Source of the DNA: Anaerolineales bacterium
Lineage (GTDB): Bacteria; Chloroflexota; Anaerolineae; Anaerolineales; UBA4823
Direction: 5' to 3'
Assembly: GCA_016929095.1 (NCBI GenBank)
Contig: JAFGJM010000033.1
Coordinates: forward strand, 114,482 to 178,481
Length of the DNA: 64,000 nt
The position numbers and the translations under genes were made by a program. Below are positions 1 to 8,361 of this stretch, in pieces; positions within the stretch are counted from its first letter, which is position 1; the number at the start of each line of letters is the position of its first letter. The notes below the pieces were generated by a model. That model ran no database searches, was not told the origin of the DNA, and saw only the letters and a program-made list of their open reading frames with translations.

Positions 1-14
1 TTCCGGAGGGGATC

Positions 15-95
15 ATGATGATCAAGCGTTTATCAACCATTGTCATTCTTATGTTGTTTGCCAGCTTAGGAGCCAGTTCATTATCTATGAAATAA
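15..95 (+). CDS. 26-aa signal-peptide-like small ORF (MMIKRLSTIVILMLFASLGASSLSMK), possibly a gene remnant
   Basis: GGAGGG at 5-10, ATG at 15, basic N-terminus and hydrophobic core, TAA at 93-95. Confidence 0.35.
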   Translation: MMIKRLSTIVILMLFASLGASSLSMK

Positions 96-307
96 TTCCC
101 TAAGCATGAACTTCGTTTATTTAAATTTGTAAGTTAAAACAAAAGGATGTTACTTTTAGATTATTATGATATTTCATGATGAAGTAATTTTTTACTCTGA
201 ATAAGGAAGAGTATATCAAGAAGTAATCTCCTTTCTTCTTGATATAGTGGTTGAACCTTCATTGCTTTTCAACGATTATTATTAACATTTACACCAAGGA
301 GGAAGAA

Positions 308-2353
308 ATGAAAACATTTCGGAAGTTTCTTCTCATTTTGGTTATTTTGTCCACGGTCTCTCTAAACTGCAATTTTATCTCTTCATTGGGAAACAAAGTT
401 GGATCAGTCGCCCCCAAAGAGCCAATTCGCCAGGAAGAAACTACCAATTCATCCGGTCAAGTGACATTCCGCGATCCTAGTACCAAAGAAAAAGTAACAG
501 TTACGGTACTGGAGGAAGGTAAAGCCCTTGAAGGAGCCAATGTAATTTATCTCCACGGCCAAACTTCAACTTTTGAAGCTTATTTTATCAGGGACGAGCG
601 CGGGCTGCTTGCTGTCAGGTATTTTTTGCACAATTCAGACCACGTAATTGATGTTTCAGATATCACGATTGAGGTTATCCAGGGAGAAATCCGTCCTCTT
701 AACAAAGAAGAGGCGGGAGCAGCTCTGGGTTATTTAAATGATATGAAATTGGTGAGCAGCAATACATATATAGATACCATTTCAGACGCTGAAAAAGCCG
801 AGTCGACTCTTCGAATTTTAGAAGGTCTAAATGCAAAATCAAATATCAGTTCAGTTTTGCTGATTGTGGGAGTATTAAGCGGCGGTACAATATCTGTTTT
901 TTCAGTGGCTCTTAATTTATCTTCGACTCTAGCTATTGGTTATGCTATAGATTGGGTTAAGTCTTCGATAGATCCCAATCTTCGGTGGGATTTATATCAC
1001 AGCTATGATGCCACCAATGGATATGAAAATTATGTCTATGTTTTGACTCAATCACCTATGATGCAAAAACCGACTATTAACTTTGATAAGGATGGTACCA
1101 TCAGTGCATCGATTCTAGCTAATGACCCGATGCGCTATCCTGAGGTATCCAGCCAAATGGCAGGATTGCCTGATTACACCATTTTTGAAGGGCCAACGGT
1201 TAATTCCGATCTTACCTACTATTACGATTTACTGAAAAAAGGTCAAAATACATCTGTTAGTCAGGGTGTTTTAGACCATAAATCAGCTTGCATCGGAGAT
1301 CGTTGTACTGAAACAATGATAAACTTTGGTATTCTTCCACCAGGTGAATATAATTTACATTGTTATGCAAAAGACGAAGTAGGCAACGTTTCCTCACCGA
1401 TAGTTGAAACTTTCGTAGTATGGGGGACAAATCCACCAATAACAGGAACTAAAGAACCACAGATTTCGGGTAGTGCCCAGTTCCCGTCTGAAAATATAGT
1501 CTTCCCTTCAATTAATCGTGCCAGCACAACTGGCCAGGATCTCTGGTTGATCGACCCTAATAATCATGCCAAACTTACCCGGCTGACCCGAGAGGATGCC
1601 ATATTTCACAAACCACTATGGTCACCGGACCATACTCGCATCACCTTTACTCGCCGTGAGCCGGGAAGGGATGAGGAAAGCCTGTATGTGATAAACGCCG
1701 ACGGCAGTGGGCTAAAGCAGGTAAGCAGTGCGCATGCCAGGGTGACCGCTGGCTTTTGGTCGTTGGATGACGATAAGATATACATGGTGACTTCAGAGAT
1801 GGATTCATCTTGCCAGTTTAGCTGGATCAAAGCCGATGGAAGCGTCACGCAAGCTGAGAATCCTGTATCCGGCGCAGGAAATTCTGTCTGTTCAGTTGAC
1901 GCTTCACCAGACCGCAGCCAAATCGTTTTCCGCGGCTATGGAGGCAGCCAGACTATCTACGTTGCTGACCTCGTAGATAACGGCATTCACATAGAGTCTG
2001 CCCAAACCCTGGTGGCGACGGACGCAATTCTGGGTAGCCGCGAAAACACACAGCCAGCCTGGTCTGCGGACGGCAAACGGATCGCATTTGTAGCCGACGA
2101 AGGTGATTATTTGACTAATATCTACACTATCAACAGCGATGGAAGCAATCTACAAAAAGTTACGTACTTCACCAACGCTTGGGTGACTACGCCACGTTGG
2201 TCGAATGACTCACTCTGGCTGGCAGTGCATGTTGGTTTCACAGACACCAGCCCGCAATACTCAGATATCTACTTGGTTCCCAGCGATGGATCATTTTCCG
2301 TAGTCACCAACCTGACAGATGACAGCATCCAGGATGGTGGACCGGATTGGTAA
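308..2353 (+). CDS. Putative lipoprotein with C-terminal TolB-like (PD40) beta-propeller
   Basis: AAGGAGG before ATG 308; MKTFRK + hydrophobic stretch + SLNC lipobox-like motif; repeated P.WSPD/PAWSADG/PRWSND and 'LYVINADGSGLKQV' motifs. Confidence 0.8.
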   Translation: MKTFRKFLLILVILSTVSLNCNFISSLGNKVGSVAPKEPIRQEETTNSSGQVTFRDPSTKEKVTVTVLEEGKALEGANVIYLHGQTSTFEAYFIRDERGLLAVRYFLHNSDHVIDVSDITIEVIQGEIRPLNKEEAGAALGYLNDMKLVSSNTYIDTISDAEKAESTLRILEGLNAKSNISSVLLIVGVLSGGTISVFSVALNLSSTLAIGYAIDWVKSSIDPNLRWDLYHSYDATNGYENYVYVLTQSPMMQKPTINFDKDGTISASILANDPMRYPEVSSQMAGLPDYTIFEGPTVNSDLTYYYDLLKKGQNTSVSQGVLDHKSACIGDRCTETMINFGILPPGEYNLHCYAKDEVGNVSSPIVETFVVWGTNPPITGTKEPQISGSAQFPSENIVFPSINRASTTGQDLWLIDPNNHAKLTRLTREDAIFHKPLWSPDHTRITFTRREPGRDEESLYVINADGSGLKQVSSAHARVTAGFWSLDDDKIYMVTSEMDSSCQFSWIKADGSVTQAENPVSGAGNSVCSVDASPDRSQIVFRGYGGSQTIYVADLVDNGIHIESAQTLVATDAILGSRENTQPAWSADGKRIAFVADEGDYLTNIYTINSDGSNLQKVTYFTNAWVTTPRWSNDSLWLAVHVGFTDTSPQYSDIYLVPSDGSFSVVTNLTDDSIQDGGPDW

Positions 2354-2409
2354 GCTTTACTTTACGATGCAAAACTCTTGCTAATATCCTTGTAGAATTA
2401 TGGAAGTAA

Positions 2410-3080
2410 ATCCTTCGGTCCTCCGCACCAAATGAACAGCTTCCGCGGGCTCCCTTCAGGCATTCGCATTGGTATGTTTATTATCACGATATCGATTTGT
2501 ATTATTCTCTATGTCACAGATCACCTCTTCCGGTTTGATCCCCCTACATTCGATATCTGTCATGGGTGGATTATACAAATCGGAGAGGCTTGTTGTCAAT
2601 TGTTGGTAATTTGAAAAGTATTGTTAGACAATTTACTAAAATTCAGCCACTTTAGATTTGTACCATGCTGCAATGGCATCATGGCAGCAAAACGCAATCG
2701 GGGGTGGGCGGGACCGCCACACAGGGGCCTTATGAAAGCCCCTGCGAGCATTGCCTTATTTTGATTTTTTGGATTCACCTATCTTTGATAGCCACTTTTT
2801 CGTGACCTGCTCAAAACGATCGAGCAATGCTCTGGAACGGCGAATATCTTCCATTTGTTGGGAAAGCCATTTGGCTTTCTGTTCTGATGTGCTTGTTTTC
2901 CAGTCCATGTATGTTCACCTCCCTTCCCGTCCGAAAAATTATTACTTTTGGAGCGCCTGCGCTCCGATATTCGCCGATTTTCACACCCGCCGAAGCGTGT
3001 CAAGGAGATCGCCGTAGGTGATCCCTTAAAGGTGCGAAGCATCCTTGACGCGCAAAGGAGGGTGTGAAGTTGGGTGGTGG
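2410..3080 (+). other. Non-coding hairpin cluster (candidate oriT / single-strand origin / structured RNA)
   Basis: Nested stems TTCACACCC(2980-88)/GGGTGTGAA(3060-68) and GCGTGTCAAGGA(2995-3006)/TCCTTGACGCGC(3042-53); inner hairpins with GTA and GAA loops; only short spurious ORFs. Confidence 0.5.
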
Positions 3081-3168
3081 GGGATATAAATAAACTGAGC
3101 CAATTTTGCCTGGCGAAGTATGCCTATTCCGATTGCGCAATATTCGGTGAAAGGTTGGGAGGTGCCTT

Positions 3169-3196
3169 TTGCGACTATGGATTTTTACGATAGAAT
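3169..3196 (+). promoter_or_regulatory. Putative sigma70 promoter of the HTH gene
   Basis: TTGCGA(3169-74)-16 bp-TAGAAT(3191-96). Confidence 0.45.
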
Positions 3197-3240
3197 CAGA
3201 AGATAATATTGTATGCAGAAAAAATTACGTACTGGGGCAT

Positions 3241-3471
3241 ATGGTGGAAGAGAACGAAAAAGACAGAAATAACCAACCTGGGTTGGATGAGTTAATTTCA
3301 CTTAGTGAGGCTTCGGAGATCAGCGGATTATCCCCAAGCCAGTTAAGGTTATTGGTTACACGGGGGGTGATTTGGGGGAAGAAGCTGGGGAGAAACTGGT
3401 TTACGACAGCTCTGGCTGTGAAAGAATATCTAAAAATGGATCATAAACCAGGGCCAAAACCACGAAAGTGA
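3241..3471 (+). CDS. Small HTH DNA-binding protein (HTH_17/excisionase-like)
   Basis: 'LISLSEASEISGLSPSQLRLLVTRGVIWGKKLGRNWFTT' plus a basic GPKPRK tail; ATG 3241 preferred to TTG 3169. Confidence 0.8.
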   Translation: MVEENEKDRNNQPGLDELISLSEASEISGLSPSQLRLLVTRGVIWGKKLGRNWFTTALAVKEYLKMDHKPGPKPRK

Positions 3472-3491
3472 ATTTGTATTTTTCCATTTCC

Positions 3492-3521
3492 TTGACAAAT
3501 GTAGGCGATATCGCCTATAAT
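3492..3521 (+). promoter_or_regulatory. Consensus sigma70 promoter with palindromic operator in the spacer
   Basis: TTGACA(3492-97)-18 bp-TATAAT(3516-21); perfect palindrome TAGGCGATATCGCCTA at 3502-3517. Confidence 0.8.
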
Positions 3522-3619
3522 AGATTTATATCTTCAATATCACCGAGTTGGGTAAATATCTTTCAATTCTCTATAGTTGTCCGGTGATTGTTCCTTTAGA
3601 TGCGAAAGGAGAGTGCGTC

Positions 3620-3640
3620 ATGGGTGGTGGATCCGGATAA
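3620..3640 (+). CDS. Putative minigene MGGGSG (alternatively 30 aa from in-frame TTG 3548)
   Basis: AAAGGAGAG at 3605-3613, then ATG GGT GGT GGA TCC GGA TAA; lies between the promoter and a terminator. Confidence 0.45.
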   Translation: MGGGSG

Positions 3641-3648
3641 ACAAGAAT

Positions 3649-3685
3649 GAGCGACAGGAACCGCGGCCTGTCGTCTCTGTTTAAT
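3649..3685 (+). terminator. Hairpin terminator between minigene and convergent gene
   Basis: CGACAGG-aaccgcgg-CCTGTCG stem followed by T/A-rich sequence. Confidence 0.55.
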
Positions 3686-3710
3686 ATTAATAAATCATTG
3701 ACTTCACTTC

Positions 3711-4388
3711 TTACCATTCCCACCTTAATACATATACTTCATATAATCTAGGTTTATCCTTTTCCCAGGATACCAGCCAACGACCATCTGATAGCTGGCG
3801 CTGGGTTTCTCGAGTAAGATCACGGGTATGTTTACGGTTGCTTTCTTCAAGTGCAAGTCGTGTGGGCGGTCTAGACTTCGGAAAGATTACATTGATCTTT
3901 ATGTGTCGAGTCGGGTGACTGATGTCTGTGCTCCAGTAGCCATCATTGGTTAAAAATCCTCGGCGGATATTCCATTGAATATTAAATTCATCGGTATCAC
4001 CACGGTTTTTTACTTCTCGGAGTGAAAGCAAGATGTAAGTCTTATATCCTGATCGGTAGCGATCCACAGGTTTGCCTCGATTGGTACGGTAATTGAGCAG
4101 GATTTCCCCATCACCCCAAGCATAATCCTGATAGGCGATTATGTTGTTTTGTAAGTATCGAATTTTTTTGCGCTTAATAAAAGTAGCTTTTGTACCATCT
4201 TGATTGTGAATCTCGAGAGTGGATTCATAATCCAAAACCTCATAAATTCCATTGTTCAATAAACTCTTGATAGTCTCTTGACCAATTTGCCACATGTCTG
4301 CAAGTAATTCCAATCCAGAGAATCCCAACAGGTTAGTCAGCCATTTAGAGATGATGCATGTTTGGGATTGATCTTCTTCCTCTGGCAT
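3711..4388 (-). CDS. Uncharacterised beta-strand-rich protein (225 aa)
   Basis: Clean ORF with an alternating beta-strand pattern (YEVLDYESTLEI, IKINVIFP, VYVLRWEW); no recognised family. Confidence 0.75.
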   Translation of the reverse strand: MPEEEDQSQTCIISKWLTNLLGFSGLELLADMWQIGQETIKSLLNNGIYEVLDYESTLEIHNQDGTKATFIKRKKIRYLQNNIIAYQDYAWGDGEILLNYRTNRGKPVDRYRSGYKTYILLSLREVKNRGDTDEFNIQWNIRRGFLTNDGYWSTDISHPTRHIKINVIFPKSRPPTRLALEESNRKHTRDLTRETQRQLSDGRWLVSWEKDKPRLYEVYVLRWEW

Positions 4389-4835
4389 AAGTTGTAGTGA
4401 ATTTGGAAAACACTACAACTAACAATAACAAATCTGAAGTTCCCTGTCTATAGAGATAAAAAATATCTATCAGGAGTAATTCTTTGAATGAGCACCAATA
4501 GAATTTGTGTAATCAATTGAGGTTTATATCCGGGTAAGATATTTTTATAATCAGTGTGGGAAAACTGGTTAGTAAAAGGAGTGGTTTAAAAACATCCGTT
4601 TTTCTCAAATTATAGGACGTATATTGGTTGTCACTCAGCTTTGCTATTATCGTTATTATTTATTGTCATGATTCATTTGAAGCTAATCAAAGGTCGCAAA
4701 AGGATGATTGTGCGCTGTGCCAAATTGTTTGACAAATATGATTCGATAAATCAATTACCTATGCAAATTCTTGTTTTCTAGCTATGATTGCTTGACGGCA
4801 TTCTTCACCAAAAAATCCAATCGAGTAGAACATAA

Positions 4836-5852
4836 ATGGGTTCAAAAACATTCTTATCTATCATTGGATCAATCTATATCATTGCTATTCTCCTTTATAT
4901 ATTCGATGCTGTAATTTCATACAATCGTGACAAACTAAAAAATTTCATTAAATTTATAAAATTAGATTTCCATTTAGTGCGAATCGGTTTGGATTTGATA
5001 ATGATTTTCGTGGTCCTTGCTTTAGGGAGGTCATATGCGATTTACATAGGACCGCCTGTTGAAAAACAAGTTGCTAACATAAACGAATTCGTAGATGCAA
5101 TTCCAACGACCTTACCGACGTATGTGAGGGATATCTATCATAGCGCTATTGAGTTTTATCAAGGAATTGATGGGGGCGATTTTTATGAAGTGGGATCTCC
5201 ACCACCCTATACCCCATTTATGGTGTTTGAAACAAATACACCGATTACCCCAACCAAAGCTTATAGAAAAGTTCAAACAGCAAATCCTCAACCACTTACC
5301 ACAACACAAATTCTGATGTCTTCAAAAACCTTGACATCTTTTCCTACTGAAACAATAACTTCTTTACCAACTCGCAGGACAACACCTACTATAGCAATGA
5401 ACTTGTCTAAAGTCGCTGTATCTCGGACAACGAAACAAGAATTAAAAAACTTAGAATCTATTTGGACCGTTGATCCGAATATCGATCCAATAATCCAGTC
5501 GGGATTATTTTATAAATCCTTCAAGGGTGAAATTTCTCAATCTGATCATTATAGATGGCCTATAAAGTGGTGCGCAAAAGGTCGAAACTTACTCCCGAAG
5601 AACCTTGAGATTATGGCTGTTGAATTCTTTATTGATGGCCAGGAAGTTCCTAGCAATTATGTTTATGAGTACGAAAATGCAGGAAATAATTGGTATTGCC
5701 ATTATTGGGTGAGTACACTTTCTGATTGGACTTCGTATACCAAGGTAGACTTAATGACTCGCATAATTATTAAAGAGAATTTATTTGATGGTGAAGACAC
5801 CTTTTCAAAAGGCACCTATCAAATCAAGTTACAAATTTCGGTTAATCCATGA
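4836..5852 (+). CDS. Membrane-anchored protein with Thr/Pro-rich linker and extracellular C-terminal domain
   Basis: Two N-terminal hydrophobic segments, T/P-rich middle, C-terminal 'WCAK...FFIDGQEV...WYCHYW' domain. Confidence 0.7.
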   Translation: MGSKTFLSIIGSIYIIAILLYIFDAVISYNRDKLKNFIKFIKLDFHLVRIGLDLIMIFVVLALGRSYAIYIGPPVEKQVANINEFVDAIPTTLPTYVRDIYHSAIEFYQGIDGGDFYEVGSPPPYTPFMVFETNTPITPTKAYRKVQTANPQPLTTTQILMSSKTLTSFPTETITSLPTRRTTPTIAMNLSKVAVSRTTKQELKNLESIWTVDPNIDPIIQSGLFYKSFKGEISQSDHYRWPIKWCAKGRNLLPKNLEIMAVEFFIDGQEVPSNYVYEYENAGNNWYCHYWVSTLSDWTSYTKVDLMTRIIIKENLFDGEDTFSKGTYQIKLQISVNP

Positions 5853-6016
5853 CTCATAGAATAATAAAGTTCTATCCATACCATACTCCATAAAAATTAT
5901 TTTTGGAAAATATCCCAAAGCCAGCCATTAACCAGTCAAACAGCGAACTTGCCTCACTGCCAGACCGATTGCCTCCTAAGGGGCAAGTCTCCAGAGGCAA
6001 CACGCTCCTCTTGCCA

Positions 6017-6400
6017 TCAGGTTTGTGTAAGGCTGGCTCTGGATGTTGTTGATACGTTGGGCCCGCTATTTGAATCGTTGTTTGCTTCAAACGTTTTTTC
6101 ATTTTTCCGCTTATCCCCTTTTGATTGACCGTAGTATTCAATTGCATCGCTGACAATTTTCCAAAGTGGTAATACTTTACCGGTGTGTAGCCGATAATGG
6201 TTTTGGATTTCTTGTATGGTGGCAAGAGCCTTATTCGTGAGGCTTATGGTAGTTCGTACCCTGGGCTTAAGCTGAACCGAGGATATTTCATTCCCATGTT
6301 GATTTTGGAAATCACCTTCTGCATCTTCCCCCGGTTGGAATAGGATTTTCTTTCCGACCGGTTTTGGTTCGCCTAAACCCATGACATGCTTGGGATTCAT
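6017..6400 (-). CDS. Small ribbon-helix-helix centromere-binding partner of ParA (ParG-like)
   Basis: Translationally coupled to parA (4-nt overlap); disordered N-terminus, then 'RVRTTISLT..ALATIQEIQ..LWKIVSDAIEYY' ribbon-helix-helix pattern. Confidence 0.65.
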   Translation of the reverse strand: MNPKHVMGLGEPKPVGKKILFQPGEDAEGDFQNQHGNEISSVQLKPRVRTTISLTNKALATIQEIQNHYRLHTGKVLPLWKIVSDAIEYYGQSKGDKRKNEKTFEANNDSNSGPNVSTTSRASLTQT

Positions 6401-7170
6401 AGATTGAGCTCCTCAATCAACGTTTTATATGCCAGCGCTCCCTTACTACCAGGGGCAATTTCAAAGATGCTGGAAGCTCGTCCAATGGCTTTCTGCAAAT
6501 CGTTATTCTTCGGGATAATTGAACTAAGCAACAACCCGGGAAAATGTTCCATAATACGCAAGATTGTGTCACGAGTAATTGAATATGGATCCGCCTGGGT
6601 GATTAATATCCCCCGAATTTTTGGATGACTTGCATGCAATAAGACCTCCTCGCGCACCAGGCGTACGTGTTCCTGCATACGTCCAATAGCATCAAGTTCT
6701 AATTTACCCGGTGTGACCATGATTATTACCTCATCGGATGCAGCCAGCGCATTTACAGCAAGCGGATCCAAACCTTTCCCGGTGTCAATCAAGATCAGGT
6801 CATAATCCTTCTCCGAAAGGTTATCCAATAGGTGGCGTAAGCGAGTAGGACGATTGGATAGCTTCAATGCGGCGTCAGCCAGGTCTGCGTTAGCCGGGAT
6901 CAAGAAGAGGTTTGGGTAGCGCGGTGCGGGGATGATCACATTTTCTATTGGATAATGACCGATCAGCAGAGAATGAATTGTGGGGGGCAGATAACCACTC
7001 CCCGCCTCCGGAGCACGCTGACCTAATAATGCGAAGGTAACATCTGCCTGCGGGTCCATGTCGATCACCAGGGTCTTTTTACCCTGTTCAGATAAGCCCA
7101 CGGCTAGATTTGCGACGGTGGTGGTCTTACCTACTCCCCCTTTATCGTTTGTAAAAACCAATCTTTTCAT
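6397..7170 (-). CDS. parA: ParA/Soj-family partition ATPase
   Basis: KGGVGKTT deviant Walker A, IDMDPQ, ILIDT; start placed at MKRLVF (7170). Confidence 0.92.
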   Translation of the reverse strand: MKRLVFTNDKGGVGKTTTVANLAVGLSEQGKKTLVIDMDPQADVTFALLGQRAPEAGSGYLPPTIHSLLIGHYPIENVIIPAPRYPNLFLIPANADLADAALKLSNRPTRLRHLLDNLSEKDYDLILIDTGKGLDPLAVNALAASDEVIIMVTPGKLELDAIGRMQEHVRLVREEVLLHASHPKIRGILITQADPYSITRDTILRIMEHFPGLLLSSIIPKNNDLQKAIGRASSIFEIAPGSKGALAYKTLIEELNL

Positions 7171-7189
7171 AATTGAATTGATAAAAACA

Positions 7190-7345
7190 CGATGCATTCA
7201 TTGATGCCCTGACAGCTTGATACCGGTATGCAATGATGCCAAAATTGGTATCTGCCCGTGCATAATGCTGCCATGATGCGATTCTGCCATCGCATAAGTG
7301 TGAATCCATGCTGATGGATAATGACGCAAAGGTGCTTTGGCATCG
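7190..7345. repeat. Array of TGATGCC-like heptamers upstream of parA (candidate parS centromere)
   Basis: TGATGCC 7202, TGATACC 7218, TGATGCC 7234 (16-bp period), TGATGCG 7274, TGATGGA 7312, TGACGCA 7322; inverted GGTATC 7247 and GGCATC 7339. Confidence 0.6.
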
Positions 7346-7406
7346 TCGTGCTAATCTATATTTATGCTCTCATGCCAGAGCATATTTTGTCAAGTAGGGG
7401 GAACAG

Positions 7407-8279
7407 TTAGTCGAGGAAGAGCAAAGGAACGGGCTCCACGCGGTCGATTCGATACCAAATAGGGGCATGTAAGATGGTATGAGAATTAATCTTCTCGAAT
7501 GTAGTAAAGTAAAACAAGCCTTTAGCTTCACCTTTGCGTGCCTGGCTGAGCATATTTTGCATACGACGCATGCCAGTCGTAACAACCAGCCAACGTCCCG
7601 AGCGGTAATTGAAGCGTTCCTCGTAGGCTTTGCTCTTAAGATAAGCAAGGCCAGGCAAGATTTTTTCTCGTAAAAAGCGGGGGTTATCTTCGGTACTACG
7701 GTCGATTTCAAGCAAGTAACGCAGGCGGTGTTCGCCGGTAGTGAGTGTGAAAAAACCATCCGGGCGTATATTTCGTTTGATTTGATTACTGTTATAAGTG
7801 TAGATGATTTTATCCGGGTAAGCCCAGAATTCACTCTCAGGGATCCATGTTTCCAGGGTAATACCAGACTCGGATTGGCAGGATGCCTCAAGGTCTATGC
7901 GGAAGTCGTTAATTGCCAGATCGTGTTCGACCTGAAACCAGCGTGGTTCTTTCCGCCAGGTGAATTCCTGTAACGGGATGCTATTCAAACTCGCAATGAT
8001 CTCCGCGCCGCGCCGATCTAGCCAATAGATCATGGCGGGTAAACGCCGACGTTGTTCCAGGTTGGGGCGATTGACATAGCGGTGCTGGTAGAGAAATTTC
8101 AAACGTGTCTCTGCCTGACTCTTTGATGTGAAAAATTTGCGTTGTATCTGGGAAAAACTCAACATACCATCAAAAGCATGGATGGCTTCAAGGATATGCT
8201 GGTCACGCTCTGTGAGGCGCATAGGTGGGGGATGTGATACCCGGCTATAGCGAGGTAAAGGCTGGTGTTGCTTTGTCAT
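7407..8279 (-). CDS. Replication-relaxation family (MOBC-type) relaxase
   Basis: N-terminal wHTH 'LTERDQHILEAI', 'HDLAINDF', PD-(D/E)xK-like 'IRPDGFF...LLEIDRSTE'. Confidence 0.85.
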   Translation of the reverse strand: MTKQHQPLPRYSRVSHPPPMRLTERDQHILEAIHAFDGMLSFSQIQRKFFTSKSQAETRLKFLYQHRYVNRPNLEQRRRLPAMIYWLDRRGAEIIASLNSIPLQEFTWRKEPRWFQVEHDLAINDFRIDLEASCQSESGITLETWIPESEFWAYPDKIIYTYNSNQIKRNIRPDGFFTLTTGEHRLRYLLEIDRSTEDNPRFLREKILPGLAYLKSKAYEERFNYRSGRWLVVTTGMRRMQNMLSQARKGEAKGLFYFTTFEKINSHTILHAPIWYRIDRVEPVPLLFLD

Positions 8280-8285
8280 ACCCCG

Positions 8286-8314
8286 ATTATAGAAAATCCC
8301 CCGCCGGATGTCAG
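8286..8314 (-). promoter_or_regulatory. Promoter giving a leaderless relaxase mRNA
   Basis: Minus strand reads CTGACA-17 bp-TATAAT-6 nt-ATG, with no Shine-Dalgarno. Confidence 0.6.
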
Positions 8315-8361
8315 CAGGGGAATTAGATGGGAGTTAGAGATGGATTATGCACGGATACGAT

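Noticed and set aside
2432-3042. Several 60-88 aa ORFs
   Set aside because: Mutually overlapping, no RBS or family motifs; they lie in the hairpin cluster
5872-6225. 117-aa ORF overlapping the RHH gene
   Set aside because: Largely overlaps the better-supported 6017-6400 gene on the same strand; no recognisable features
7190-7345. CRISPR array
   Set aside because: Repeats are only ~7 bp with irregular short spacing; no cas genes; no CRISPR-like array seen anywhere in the window
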